DNA from: the human T2T-CHM13v2.0 reference genome, Homo sapiens
Direction: 5' to 3' (one strand)
Length of the DNA: 64,000 nt
NCBI RefSeq assembly: GCF_009914755.1
Contig: NC_060929.1
The position numbers and the translations under genes are program-made. This document shows positions 25,314 to 39,310 of this stretch, piece after piece. Below the pieces are notes generated by a model. That model did not search any database. It was not told the DNA's origin and saw only the letters and a program-made list of their open reading frames with translations. Every line of letters starts with the position of its first letter. Within the stretch, counting starts at the first letter, position 1.

Positions 25314-28300
25314 TTTTCCAAACTTTAATCTTCAGCTTCCCACAGTATTTTATGCAATCTCTCTTTTCCTCTTTGATAATCAAGTACTTGCCTTACTAAA
25401 AGTTATATCTTTCTAGAAATTATATGTGTTTCTCTCCATTTCCCTTTCTGTTAATTTCTAGAGGGCCATTCTACTATCCCTTCATTTACTCCTATGATTC
25501 CAGAACTCTTTCCCTCATTTTGTTTTCAAAATCACTTTGACCAGCTTCCTAGTGTATTAGAATGTAATTTTTCCCAACATACTGGTCTAGTCTTTTTTTC
25601 TGTCTTTTTAGTTATCCTAGAATTTTCCTTCCACCTTGACCACTTAAATATTCCCTACCCTCCATAAATTTATTTTTTTCATATTCTCAGCCACTCAACC
25701 TTAGTTTTTGTTTGATATTAACGAAGTAAAATAGACAAAAGAAACAAAAAAGAAACTATTAAAAATCAAAAGTTTCCTATAGCTTTAGATTGCATAAAAA
25801 CCCAAGCTATAGATTGCCATTATGTTACTATTTCAGAACGTTTGAGGATAAAATTTTCAGAAATATTTATGAAGAAAGATGATAAAGGGAGTTTATCTGG
25901 TGTTTAGCCTATGGGAGGGGGATGGGCAAAAACCAATGTGGCTGTGCATTGCTAGGACAGAGGCCTTTGCTACAACCACAAGAGGTAGACCTGCTGCTTA
26001 CCCTTTACTCACATGATGGATGCATCCTGTGAGCGTCTTGTATTCCTAAGAGAATTCTTGGTATTCACGACATTGTTAATAATAATAGATTTAAGAAACT
26101 GATGAGTCCCCTGCTTCTCCCACATGAGAACAAAGCAGTCCTAATTATCTAGCACTAGGAAGTCTGTGCCAGTGTGGATTTATGCTCCCTTCCAAACTAG
26201 AATATAGCATCACAACTGATTTTCTTTTTCCAATTCTAATTTTCCAGACCTATTAAAATGACTCTAAACCAAACTGCTTTGAATGAAATAATATTGGCTT
26301 TTTCCCATTATTCCTTTCTTTTCTCCCTTGTCCCCTTTCTACTAAATCAAATTAATCTGCTTTAAAAATAGAAAAGATAAGTGATTATATAATCTTCTAA
26401 GGGAGGCAGGAAGCTGTGGGACATAAGGCACAGATGAAATGCTCACGCATCGGGCATATTTCTACGATATGCATGTCAATCCAAGCCTTTTGTGGCCCAG
26501 TACTGTGGGGATGCAGCAAATGGAAATGGAAAGGTTTTCCCTTGTCTGAGGCCTCCAGTGATGTAAAGCACCTTCTGAGGGAAAAGAAATATTTCCACAA
26601 GCCCAGAGACAATGTTCAGGTGCCACTCTGAGCTCATGACACTCGGAATTACAGCCTGGAGGTGACTTAATCCTGACACAGGAGACAAAGAGGGAACATG
26701 TAGCAGCCCCCCTGTCACTGTCACTGTTAACTTTAAAACCTTATTGAGTCGTGCTTTTTATTCATGTACATATGAAAGAAAAATAAACAATAAGAAAGCA
26801 ATTTAATTATTTCAGGTAAGCGGTGGAGCTTCACTAGAACAGAAGCAGGGCCTCAGCCCCTAAGCTCCATTTCCTAAAACCCAAGCTTCAGTCCTACCCA
26901 TCCCCAAGAAGATCAGACTTTGTCCAAAGAAAAGTCAACTGAGGGGAAGGATGGTATTCTGTGTGAACAGAGTTATTTTAAGAAGCTACCAGCATTTGCA
27001 TTTCTAAACTATTAGCAGACAAAATGAAGGGAAAATTTCAAAATGCATATACATATATACATGTTTTAAAATCTAATTCGGGGTCACAGCTGTAATTGCA
27101 AAAGCTTTGGATTGTGTGTCATGCTGGAATAATGTCGTGTTAGTGAATGTAAAGCATTCAGCATTACTTTATGCCTCATTGCACCCTAAGTGTGATGCTA
27201 TTTCAATACAACACCTACCACTTTTAGGTCTTTATGCTTAAGTATGTCTTGCTGGATGAAATCAAGCTACAAATTGGATGAAATTGGGTCCTCCCAGTTG
27301 ATTCTACTGCTAGAAGCTCCAAAACTCAATTGTTTTTTAAGTCCAATTCCATGATTCAGAATTTAAATTATCATGATTTCTTGCCCTGAAAAATAAATAC
27401 AAAAGCCCAACTTGCCGCACAGATGAAAAGCAGTTTTTTTGGCTACAAAAGTAAAGTAAACTTTTTTTTCATACAGGCATTAGAAATGGCTCAATAATGG
27501 AGCAAGCAGTACTTGAGAAAATATAAGTTGCAGGAATTTGAGACATTGTTTTGGAAAAATAAAAAATAAAAAGACCCTTCGTTCAAATGATTCCATCCAA
27601 AATATTTCACAGAATAACTGCTCCATGTTCAGGTTGCTTTTATCCTTGTAGAGTAGCTCAAATCGTTCTACTGCCACCTAAATTTGTGGTTGCAACAAAT
27701 TGGTAAATTTTTAAAGACAATATTTAGATTACAATGTCCTTTCGTTTTGCAGTTAAAGATGCATGTGAAAAGATGATTCTGCTCATACAATCTGACCATC
27801 CCACCCTCAGAGGATTTATGTTTCATTAAGTCACGCAAAAGGTGGTAGATGGGATGCAGATTTTCAGTGTTGCAGGAAGAGTTAAAATTGAACCTAACTG
27901 GAATTGAATCCAAGTTTCAAGTAGTGCAATTGCTACTGCTGTTTTTGAAGATTCTTAAATTAATTCTTCAAAGTTCTTGTCATTGTAGAGACAAAAAGCT
28001 CTTCAAAACAGTAGTAGTTTGTCTAGCACTATATATTTTGGGGGACAACTCTAATAAAATTGCTAAAAACAGTCAGAAGTTCTTGTTCCATGTGCACATT
28101 TGAATTATGCTAAGTGAAGGCTGTATTTTTAAGAGAAAAACAAATCTAACTAAAGAAAAATATTGTACTATTGATAAGTTGGTATTGTAATAACTTATAC
28201 AAATTTTTACTTGATCCAAGTAATAAAAAATAGTTACATTTGCCGGCAGCTATCTTGAGGGAAAAATAGGCTAAAAAAATGGCATTACCAGCAGATGAAT

Positions 28301-29519
28301 TTGTGTTTGTTTTCAGTGAAAGAGATTATATTGCTCATGTAGTGGGTAAAAACATTCTGGTAAACAATAGCAACATTATATAGAAATTAACCAGTCCAGG
28401 TTAGTACTAGGATTCTCTGACATGGGTCTCTGTCCTCTTAGGATAATCTAATGGCTCAAACCACATAATCTTGGAAGAATCAGGCTGAGTTAGATTGGAC
28501 TAGAGGAATAAGCAGTGTCATCAATACCAGAAAAAAAAAAAAAGATTCAACAATAACAACATCAGCATTTTGAGTAATTGAAGAAGTAAAATGGTAAGGA
28601 AAGCTATAGGCACAGATATTTCAGAGGATTGGAAGTAAGCTCTGACAAAATGTAGTTCTCCCCAACCCACAACCCCAAGAGCGATCCCAGTTGATGCTTG
28701 TGATCATGAAGGAGTTTATGATGCCGCCCTCTACATGGTTCTGATTCTGCTCTCAGACTATACCTAGCTGTCCAGCTTATTTCTTCTTCCCTCCTTGTCA
28801 TTACTGGCTCCTCAATTGGTTACTAAAGTGATGATCATTTTTCAGTAATAGTGGCTAGCTACAGGTCTCCCTTTAATCACTGCTGCCAAGCCCTTAGCAC
28901 ACACCTAGAAACCTCCACAGTTAAATGCAACAATCTACCTTGAGGACTTTACTTATTTACTTACTTAATTTATGAACATTAATGTATATGAACATATTCT
29001 GTGCACTCCCCCTGTCCAGCTCCAAACCTCTCCAAAAAACAGCCTGGAGAAATTATACATGTAAGAGGGAATCATAATTCCCAGGGCCAGGAGACAGAGG
29101 GGGAAAGAGAAACAGATTGATTCCTGAAGAGGCTTAACTTGTGTGTAGGGTGAGGTAGATGCTGCAACTTCAAGTGGATCCAAGTCAGAGGAAGTCTATC
29201 ATGTGAGAGTAGGTTAGAGGAAAGTGTTTACATTCCACTCTGACATCTCCCCCACATTGCCATGAGACAATCGTTTTTTGCCTCATTGCAGTGGAAATCA
29301 GCATCAAGCAGCTTAAGTCAGGAACGATGACAGCACACTGCCAAGTTCAGCTGGAATGAGGAGATTCATCAGCCACCCTGGAGCAGTAACTCCTGTTAGC
29401 AACTCCACCAAGCCTCCACAGTTGATAAATTCCAACCAAGAAAGACTGAAAAATGTAATTAATGAACACAAACTATTATATATAGCCATACACATATTAA
29501 TATATATTTTCTATAAAAG

Positions 29520-29600
29520 CATATATATAATATGTACACACACATACATGTCACACACACACATATATATATATATACACACAAAGAGAGAGAGAGAAAG
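29520..29600. repeat. Compound (TA)/(CA)/(GA) microsatellite
   Basis: Read directly from the sequence. Confidence 0.85.
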
Positions 29601-29632
29601 GTATACATTTTTATGGACAAAATTTCTATATA

Positions 29633-30240
29633 CAATTAATCCTCATTATTTGTGGGTTCTGTATTTGTGAATTTGCCTACTTCTTAAAATTTATTCATAA
29701 TCTCACAAGTCAGCAGCATGTTCATGGTCATTTGCAGACATGTGCAGCGTGGTAAAAAAAAATTGAGTGTCCTGATGCACATGCTCCTAGTTGAGGTCAA
29801 ACAAGGCCACACTCTGCCTTCTTGTATCAGCTCTTATAGCGTAAACAAGTGTCCCTTTCACAGTCTATTTTGCTACTTCTGTGCTTTTTCTTGGTGATTT
29901 TGCTGTTTAAAATTGTCTCCAAGTGTGCTGCTGAAGTGCTTTGTAGTGTTCGGCAGCACACAAAGCCTGTACTGTGCTTCATGGAGATAGTCGTCATTGA
30001 GGCATGAGTTACAGTGCTGTTAGCCTGAGTTCAATGTCAATGAATCAACAACATATACTAAATAAGTTGTCTTTAAACAGAAACACACACAAAATAAAGT
30101 TATGTGTTGATCAGTTGATGAAAATATTGTTACCAGAGGCTTGCAGAAAGATAACCCTGTAATTCTCCTGGGAGAAATGGTTCCCTATTCACTAATTCAG
30201 TGTTCATAGTGACTTTATAGAACATAATAGGAACTGACTG
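29633..30240 (+). mobile_element. MER82 (TcMar-Tigger non-autonomous DNA transposon)
   Basis: TA|caattaatcctcattatttgtgggttctgtatttgtgaatttgcctac...gaggtcaaacaaggccacactctgccttcttg...gactttatagaacataa...gactg matches the recalled MER82 consensus. Confidence 0.88.
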
Positions 30241-30299
30241 TGTGTCTTCTCACACATACTCCCCACACAATATTACACATACAGGAATCAGACACCAGA

Positions 30300-32150
30300 C
30301 ACCACGAAGACAATTTACAAAAATAGATCATGTATTTGACTATAAAGTCAATCTCAATAAATTGCAAAAAGTTATTATCTTATCAACTATGGTTTCCAAC
30401 TCTAATGCAATAAGTGTAAAAATTAAAAATAAAATAGGAGTTGTAAAGTAGCATATATTTGGAAATAATATGATTACATATTTGATACTGTGTTTATATT
30501 ACTATTTGGATATATAGTATATCATGAAGGAAATAAATATTTATAATTAAATGATAAAAAGAGTATGTGCCAAAATTTATGAAATGCAACCAAAAAAAGA
30601 ATGCAGATTTAAAATTGTAGCCTTAAATACATTTATTTTAAAATTAGATTTAAAATAGTGTTTAATCACTATACAAAAAAAATTTAAACTAAGGACAAAA
30701 GTATGGTCTGAATAAAAGGAGAGAGATCTCGTTTCCTTAAACAGGACAACTAATGTCAATTCTCCTTAATTAATGTATAAATTCAATGCAATCCCACTCA
30801 TTTCCAGCTGGATGTTTTGATAAATATACTTACAATTTATATAAAAAATAAAAGACCACAGATGCCTCTAAGACAAATACATTAAAAAAAATAATGAAGG
30901 GAGAATTTTTCAACTGGGTATGAAGATAAACTATTAGGTCATAGTAATAAAAGTCATACATTAGCACGAGAACAGACAAATGGATCAATGGATCAAAAAA
31001 GTACTCTGAGATAAATGAAAGTATACCTGGAAATTTAATATATTATTTAATTCAAAATGGAAAAGATGATTTGTTCTTAAATAGTGTAAGGGAAGTGGCT
31101 CATTTTGTGGAGCAAAATAAAACTGGCTTGCAAGATTGCATACAAATTTGGACCCCCTGGATTTAAAATCTATCAAGTTAATAGAAAACATAAAGAAAAA
31201 TGTTGTCACTGAGATTGGTAAAGAAGATAATTTTAAACAAAATTTTAAAAACACAAATCATCATCCAAAATAATTATGAATGGACAAAAAAAGACATACG
31301 ATACACTGATGGAATATACTTGCAATGTGGAAAAACTATAGTATTCAAAAGATTTCAAGAGTTCCTACAAGCCAACAAAAAAAGATAGGAACTCCAATGT
31401 ATACATATATCAGAACATCAAATTGTACACCTTAAATAAATACATTTTTTATTTATCAATTATACCTCAATGATACTGAGGAAAAAATAAAAATGATATG
31501 AATAAGCATTATACAGAAGGGGAAACTTAAAAAGGACACTAACAACATAGAAATATATTCACATTCATTAGCCATTAGAACATGAAAATTAAAACAATGG
31601 TGTAATATCAACATGCTATCTCTTTAACCTGACAAAAATTACAAACCTGAAAAACACCAAATGTTGGTGAGGATATACAGGTACAGAGGCTTTCATGCAT
31701 GAGAATCTTGTCTGTTGCCATACTAAGGGGTAGTCTGGCATTGTTTAGTCAAGTTTAGTATATTTACACCTCATGGTCCAGCAATCCCAAAATTCTAACA
31801 CAGGGTTAAGGAAGTTTATTCCAGTATAATTTGCTGTTACAGAACATTGCAGGCACTTAGCATATCCATCACTGGGAGAGCAGAGAGGTAAATTTGCATA
31901 AATACACATTCCCACAGTTCTATGCAGTGGTTAGAAGCAATGGGCTGAATATGCACCTAGACACAGAGATCTTAAAAAATAAATAGTACTGAGTAAGAAA
32001 AAGAAAAGGGAAAAAGAAAGGAGATACACAGACAATGCCATTCAGAAAAATTAAAAATGCATGGAGACAAAACATGGATGCACTGACATGGACCAATGAT
32101 GATAAAGTGCTATGAACTAGAGGATATAATTCATTCATTCTTATACAACA
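30300..32150 (+). mobile_element. Ancient L1M (L1ME-like) fragments: ORF2 relics and 3' UTR
   Basis: ORF 30242-30451 reads FTKIDHVFDYKVNLNKLQK...SNSNAISVKI, homologous to the C-terminus of the L1 endonuclease (SKIDH...SDH..IKLE). Later come aaattcaatgcaatccca, aacagacaaatggatcaatgga and accaaatgttggtgaggat. Many deletions. Confidence 0.8.
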
Positions 32151-32329
32151 AATTTACATACAAGTAAGTAACTTTAAACATTATATTAGAAACTATAACA
32201 TCATCATAGGCCTCTATCTCCTAAAGATATGGCATTTTAGTGGTACAGAGTGTTCTTTATAAAAAGAATATCTGGTCAGAGAAAACCACTCAGTATGTTT
32301 TCCACGTATCCATTCAGACTCTAATAGAA

Positions 32330-32780
32330 GTATTTAGTCTAGATTTGGGGTCACAGCTTCACACAGAACATTGATGAAAGAAGAGCATACCTTGTGCAGA
32401 TCTTGGTGGATGAGAGAACTGCAGACTACCTAATTTAAAGACCAAGGGAGTAAATGGAACCATTTTACCTGAAAGCATAGACAGTATATGTATATCTCTT
32501 CAATTAATTTACGAGCTATCATGTAGAAGAGAAATAGGAATTGCATGTTGCATCCAGGGGTAAAAAAAAACAGGGGGACCCTATAGATGAGTAAATTTGG
32601 GGTAAGAACAAAAGAAATTTTTAACAACGAGAAAAGTCCAAAATGGGCATTGTTACAGAAGGAGTTCTCTGCCTAGCATTTTGCAAGCAGAAGGTAGACA
32701 TCATATGTGAAGAATGCACAAAAATTCCTGCCTTAGAATAGAGTGTAAAGGGAGTGGCCTGTAATGCCTCTCTACTATTT
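32330..32780 (+). mobile_element. L3/CR1 3' relic
   Basis: agaacattgatgaaagaagagcat...gagctatcatgtagaagagaaatag...aagaacaaaagaaatttttaacaa resemble the L3 3' region. Highly diverged. Confidence 0.45.
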
Positions 32781-33839
32781 AAAATTTTATCAATTTAAAC
32801 ATTTTAAAAGGTAAAGAAAAATTAAATATTAAGTACTTTTCTTTCTTTTCCACAAGTTTTGATCAAGCAATGACTTGTGTCTAAATAAGCTACTGAGTCA
32901 AAAAAGGAAAACAAAACACAATCCAAGAATAATTCAAGGATGCTCTTTCTTTCTGGACTATCTGTAATGCCAGTGTGTCTCCCTTACTCAGTAGTATCTA
33001 TTGAAGTTAGTAAGGATACCTAGGATGGCTCCAGGTATTTACTCATACATCAATCTATTTTAATATCTATGATTAGAGCTCTCCACAGTTATGATCATGT
33101 ACCACAGGCATCTGTTTTTCTACATCAGGTTGGAACAAACAACCCCAGGGTGTGAAATATTCAGAGGTGGAAACTCTTCATATTAATATTATGATTCAAA
33201 TTTCTATAATGAAAGTGACCAATGGCCTTGTAAGACGAGCTCCCTCAGAAACTATATTATTGCTAGCACTCGTAGCATTTGAACTGTTCTGACGGTATAT
33301 TAGAGCACAATGCCTGAAAGATTAATTTATTCCTTTTTCTTCTTGTTAAGTCCTACTGTTTTGTTTTCCCTGCCCCAATCAAATTCAACCTGTACCCTAA
33401 GGTATTAAGGCATTCTTGAACAAGCCTTGAATTCCAAAATATGTAAAACTTGATTTTCTAAATAAAATGAGTTATGATGAACTTTATGTCACAATACCCT
33501 GCATTCTTTAAAACGTATGCTAACCATTCCTATTTAGTACAAATGTAATGATTTAGTTGAAAATATAACTCAAGATTAGAGACACTATTTTCTTCATTTA
33601 CTGGTCAAAAACACTAATGCTTGGTTCTTTTTTACTCCTGGTTGAACATCTTACATAATAGCACTTCTCATTTTACTAAACTTAATGAAAGGATCAGAAA
33701 CCAATCTGTTAAGGATTATGAGAAGAAAATAATGGCATCACTAAAACAAGATTCATGATATTAGATGCCTAAGCTGAATATGCACTGCTGAATTCAGAAT
33801 TGTTCTAGGGGAAAAGCAACAGAACAATTGGTTGATGGT

Positions 33840-34049
33840 CAGGGGTCAGCAAACGATAGACCTCAGGCCAAATCCAACCTTATAATAAATAAATATTCTT
33901 GGAACACAGCTGTGCTCATTCATTTACATATTGTCTATGGCTGCTTTGGTGCTACAACTTCGTTGAATAGTTGAGCCTGAGACCACATGGCTTGCAAAGC
34001 CTAAAATATTTAATATCTTGCCCTTGCAGAAAAACTTTGTCAATCCCTG
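33840..34049 (+). mobile_element. MER58A (hAT-Charlie MITE)
   Basis: TIRs caggggtcagcaaac and tttgtcaatccctg. Internal ttggaacacagctgtgctcattcatttacatattgtctatggctgcttt. Confidence 0.9.
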
Positions 34050-34219
34050 CCCTAGGTCCTCTGAAGACCTGTGAAGAAGACTGTCAGACTCTTAGTAAAT
34101 CCCAAGTAATAAACACAAATCAATTTAGGTGAATCAAAAGTACCACAAAACTAGGTAAAAAGGAAAGATACCACAGCAGGACAGGGAAATCATCCATAAG
34201 AAAAGTATTAGTGAGAGTT

Positions 34220-34430
34220 GTATTCATTCATTCATCTGATGTGTATGATTAAGGGCCTACTGTTTTTTGGTCACTCTGCCAGGCCCTGGAGACACAAATG
34301 AGAACAAAGAAAATATAATTTCTATCCTCGTAGAGCTGGATATGGAATTCACATATTAAACAAACTCTGAAATAAATATAAAACTACAAATAGTGAGTGC
34401 TATCACTTACCACAGGGTGCTGTGAGAAAT
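34220..34430 (-). mobile_element. L2 3' fragment
   Basis: tattcattcattcatc...ctctgccaggccctggagacacaaatgagaac. Confidence 0.6.
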
Positions 34431-34449
34431 AAAAGCTAACAAGTTTAAG

Positions 34450-34935
34450 GTGGACATCTGCTAGTATTTTTTTTTCCCTGAATTCATTTCTCCATTTGGG
34501 TAATGTTAACAGTAACCCTCTTCCTTTGGAAAACATCTATTCCACTCTAAACTTAGATTTCTGGAAAGGCTTGCAAATCCACACTTTCCAACTCACGGAG
34601 TTGGAAAGATTATGCCAGCTAGGTGAGTTGGGGTAGCCCAAGCTCCCAGTTACAGCAATTGGTGCAGGAAGAGTCCATGACCCAAGTCTACCCAATCACA
34701 GGCCTTTTTCAGCATGCGTTTATAGTGAAGAAGAGAAGTTATCTTTTTTGTTTCCTCTTTGGTCATGATTCAATGAATATTTCAGCCCCCAGCTGCCAGG
34801 GACCTTATTCTCTTTCATGTGATCATGGAGAGAGACATGGACAGACAGAAACAGAGAGAGAGACACAGAGAGTGGCCTCATGGCATTTGAGGTCCTGGAT
34901 ACAACTGACCGTGGAGCCGAAGACAAACCACAGGT
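34450..34935. mobile_element. Old ERVL-class LTR (LTR16/LTR33-like)
   Basis: ccatgacccaagtctacccaatcaca ... gagagagagacacagag ... catttgaggtcctggatacaactg. Family call is tentative. Confidence 0.45.
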
Positions 34936-35599
34936 GATCAGAAGAAAGATGGATTTCTCATGTAAGATCTCAGGATAAATTGCCCCAGGCATTCATAAAA
35001 AGAGAATAATTGTCATTCTGGCATTGAGGTTACCCTAAAATGAGAAAATGGACAAAGTTACTGAGGGAGTTTGCCAAGTGTGATTGGGAACAAGTACTCT
35101 TCATGTGTGTAAGGGGGATAGGTATGTAAGAAAATGAAATAAAAGTGAGATGTGATAAAAAATCCAAGCACCAATTGAGTGGAACCTGCTCTTTGCTGTG
35201 ACGCTGTCAGCTATCACTTAGATATTGAAGATCATATGTATACACATGAAAACATGGGCACATGTATTACTGTGCATTTAAAAATGTATACAGGGGCACT
35301 TGCATGAGAGAGATGTTACTCTTGCCTTCAAAAATTACTTCTACGGAATCTCGAAAAATATGCAGGGAACTAATAAAAGAGATTACCTTCAGGAGTTGGG
35401 AGGAGTGAGTCAAAAACTGAGTGAATAAAGAAAGATTAAAACTTCTCAATGAATATATTTTTAGGTCACTTTGCCTTTTGAATCATGTGCATGAATGTTT
35501 TATCTATTTAAAAATAAGAGAAAAGTTCTTAAAATATGTTTTTCTTCTGTAAAGGAGAATTTAGAGGGGAATGATTGTTTATTCCTGTTCTCTCAAGTT

Positions 35600-36580
35600 A
35601 TACCTCCACAAACTTTCATTTGTTCCTTAGTCCACTCCATCTAACTTCCACTTCAGTCACTACAACACAACAGCCTTGGCTATGGTCCCTAATGATTGCC
35701 TGAGCACCCAATTCAATTAGACATATTTCAGATCATATCTCTGTTAACATCTCGGCACTATAGTCCTGCTCTACTTTTTGAAACACTCTATAACCTTGGA
35801 TTCTGGGATCCAGACTCAGTTCTTGCTTCCTTATACTTTCTCAATACTCTTTTCTAGTTCCTTCTGAAAATTAATTCTCCTCCATACATCCACTTAATCT
35901 TGGAGTTTCCAGGCTGAGCCCTAGGTCCCCTTCTCCCTTTATATTCTCTCATGTTCAGCAAACTTGTCTCCATCCACAATGTTAATTACTATCAGTATAT
36001 TAAAAACCACGAAGTAAGTATCTTTATTTCAGAGTACTCTTATGAATTACAGGCGTGTACCTACATCAACCTTTTCAACGTTTTGTTCTTGCTGGTCTTA
36101 AATGAAACCTCAAATTCAACATATAAACCAAAGACTCATTAATTCCTCCTCTAACATTTCAGTGCCCCCTATTCCAGTAAATGACACAAACGTGATTCAA
36201 GATAGAAACCTAGAAGTTATTCTTTTTACTACGTTCTCTATATTCCCAGCGTTCCATCTATCACAAATCCCACAACTGAAAACAGTGGTTCTCAAAGTAT
36301 TGTCTCCTGACCAGTAGCATCAGCATCATCTGGAAACTTGTTAGAAATGTAGATTTTCAGGGATCACCCTAGGTTTTCTAAAACAGAAACTGACTTTAGG
36401 GCCCAACAATCTGTAAAGCCTACTAAAGTTTGAGAACTACTGAATTAACCTTTTAAGAAACTCTGGAATTTGTTAACTTTTCTCAATCCCTATTGCCATC
36501 TGTGTAGTCAAAATGCTACCAACCCTAACCAGGACTCTATAGTAGACTTCTAACTGATCTCTTGAAATATAAACACTCCA
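35600..36580 (+). mobile_element. L2 ORF2/3' fragment containing a MER5A
   Basis: Pyrimidine-rich L2 signatures: aacagccttggctatggtccctaatga, ttttgaaacactcta, cctaggtccccttctc, aacctagaagttattc. Confidence 0.65.
36283..36442 (+). mobile_element. MER5A (hAT-Charlie MITE), internally deleted
   Basis: cagtggttctcaaagt...cagtagcatcagcatcatctggaaacttgttagaaatg...aaagtttgagaactactg. Confidence 0.88.
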
Positions 36581-36594
36581 TCCAGCCCAGTTCA

Positions 36595-36912
36595 TTTTTA
36601 ATTTATTTTAAATTAATTAATTACCTTTTTTAGAGACAGAGTCTGGCTCTGGCACCCAGGCTGTAGTGCAATGGCACAGTCATAGCTCACTGTAACATCA
36701 AACTCCTTGGCTTGAGTGATTCTCTCACTTCAGACTCCTGAGTAGCTAGGACTACAGGCATGCACCACTACACCAAGCTAATTCTTTCTATTTTTGTAGA
36801 GGTGGAGGTGGGGGTTCTCTCTTTGTTGTCCAGGCTGGTCTCAAACTCCTGACCTCAAGTGATCAGCCTCCCAAAGTGCTGGGACTATAGGCATGAGCCA
36901 CTGCACCCAGCC
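36595..36912 (-). mobile_element. AluJ-type element
   Basis: agagacagagtctggctctggcacccaggctg...catagctcactg...ggcatgagccactgcacccagcc. Confidence 0.92.
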
Positions 36913-37187
36913 CTACTTAATTTTGAACAGCGAACATTGTTTCAGCTGTTTCCATTTTAACTAAATTAAGCCCTGTTACCACTGAACTCCTGACCTACCT
37001 TCTGTCAGCCAGCATAAATGGAGACCCATTCAGAAATGTCTTCTATGCTTGAAGAAACTCTAAAGCTCTCCAATGTTTGGAATCCCCTCAAAACACTGGC
37101 ACAAGTACCTAGGGAAGGCACATGGCCAAGGGAATGCAGTGTCCTCCTTTAGCTGCTATTGTTTTGGTTAGCAGGGAACACACACAA

Positions 37188-37750
37188 ATTCATTCATTCA
37201 TTCATTCATCCAAAAAATATCTATTTAGTACCCACTACTTGGCACAGATTATATTAGGACTTGGGAGTTCAGAGGTAATAGGGTCCTGGGGTTGGCCTAC
37301 ACAAAGTTCCCAGTCTAATTGAAAAAGATGATGAATTAGTGTTAGGTGCTAAGTAGATAAGAGATAAGTGGATAAGACTTCTGAGGGTAACAAATCATTT
37401 AGAGTGTAAAAATAATGGAGGGATTACAGTTTTATAGAGAGCATTAAGGACTGGCCTCAGGATGATAGGAAACAAAGAGAGAAAAACAAATGCAAATGGC
37501 CTGAGCAGGGAAGAACCTGATGCTAATGATGAACCACTTCAGGGTCAGTAGGGCTGATAAAGAAGTGAAACAGGAGAGAGGAAGAGGTGAGGCTGCAGAG
37601 TGAGGAGGAGCTAGATCGTAGGGTCTTCCTAAATTAATGTAAGCATTTTGGATTTTATTCTAAAATCCACAGCTACATTAATGCAGCTGCTCTTCAAGAG
37701 AATGGACATGAAGAGGACAAGAGCAGATATGAATGGGCCCACTGCGAACT
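37188..37750 (-). mobile_element. L2 3' fragment
   Basis: (TTCA)n tail, then aaatatctatttagtacccactacttggcac...gattttattctaa. Confidence 0.7.
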
Positions 37751-38989
37751 AAGGTCAGAACACAAAACAGTTTTGTTTTCTTGGGTCAGTGTATCAGTTC
37801 AAGAACATTAAGAATCCAGGAGGCTTTCGAGGGCTAGCCTGGGGAAGTCACCATAATTTCTCATTGTGTTTTTATAATAACATACATTCCAAAAACCTAA
37901 ACAACTAAGGAAAAAAGACTCTAGGAACACATTCTGTAAAGTTGGGGACTGCCACAAAAATTCTAAGCATATTTATAGTTAAGTTACTTGGTATCAACAC
38001 TTTTCAATACTTTTACTGGTGAAGTTAATAGTTACTTTAGGTGTTTCTAGTTTTTAGAACCTATGATCTTCTATTATCCAAAGAATCAATTACGGATGGT
38101 TTTCAATCCCACTTTTAGCTTGGACTTCTCGATCACAAATTGTTTTTATTTATAATTTATTTGAAGCTTTATTTAGCTCTTCTGTTATTCCTTTCATTTA
38201 TTCAAATGTAAATATGCTCAGCAGGGAGGTGACTATATTTGTCAAGCCACCTCTGGTCCTCCTAAAAAGAAATAAATAGCTCTTATGTGATGGAAAAATA
38301 TATTGTATTAATTAATTAAATCCAATATTTTCCTCCTACAAAATGTCTTTTACTGGATTTTCTGCCTACTTTGTGGCTACATTCTTTGCTGCCTGGAAGG
38401 GGAACAGAAAGGTGTAAATACTGTTCACACCTCCTAACTGGTGTAATTAACAAATCTCTAGGTTACTTTGCAGCATGAAGTCTCCTATTTCACTGTAAGG
38501 GCTGGAGGAACAAGTTTAGATACTTAATGACCTGTCCACATACAGGAATAGCTCCGGCTTCAATCCACTAGAACTTACTTACAAAGCAATCATAGAGTAT
38601 AATCTTCTACAAAGAAGCATGCCTAATAGCCATTTTCTAACTTGCTTGCAGCTATTTCAGCTGCAGCATTATTTCCAATTCAGGAAATGTTTTCCAATGC
38701 AAGGGAAAAAAAATAGACATATTTTTAACAACTCTGAAAAAAGAAACCTTGCTTTTAAACTTTGTTCTGTTCCTGATGTCAAAGCCGCTTTCCCGACTAA
38801 TTAGGTTCCTAAGTTCTTGGTCAGAGCCCTGAGCTTTCCTGAAGCCTTTACTTTGACCTCATTTACAATCAGCCCAATCTATGAACATATTCCAAATATC
38901 AGCTAGGTTGATTGCTATCTTAATATCTTCTCTCCTAGACAAATGGTCTTTCTTTAAAATCATATGTAATCAGTAAAACATAAGAATAA

Positions 38990-39310
38990 GATTTAGGGCT
39001 TTGTGGGCTGTGAGCAAGTTTGAAGCCTGTCTCTTGTGTAACTTTAAGCTAGTTACTTAATCTCTCTGGGCTACAACTGTGAGAATAAAATATAGGATAC
39101 TAAGTTAAATTTGAATTTTAAATAAACAATGAATATTTTTTAGTAAAGGTATATCCCATGTCATATTTGGTCACTCTCAATCTCAACCCTACTTTGGGCC
39201 TCAGTTTTCCTAAGTGTATGATGAATGTAATAATAGGGGAGTTGTGAAGATTAATCTGGTTGAAGCATTATGGTTATGGTGCATGGCAAATGGTGAGTCA
39301 TCATTAATTC
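38990..39310 (+). mobile_element. MIR interrupted by a MER53-like fragment
   Basis: ttacttaatctctctggg lies before the insert and gggcctcagttttcctaagtgtatgatg...gttgtgaagattaa lies after it. Confidence 0.6.
39085..39177. mobile_element. MER53-like half element (hAT)
   Basis: ataaaatataggatactaagttaaatttgaattttaaataaacaatgaatattttttagta...cccatg...atttggtcactct matches one arm of the palindromic MER53. Confidence 0.65.

Noticed and set aside
26397-26724. Three overlapping 71-82 aa ORFs in unique sequence
   Set aside because: No recognisable domain, no consistent exon boundaries, and lengths expected by chance.
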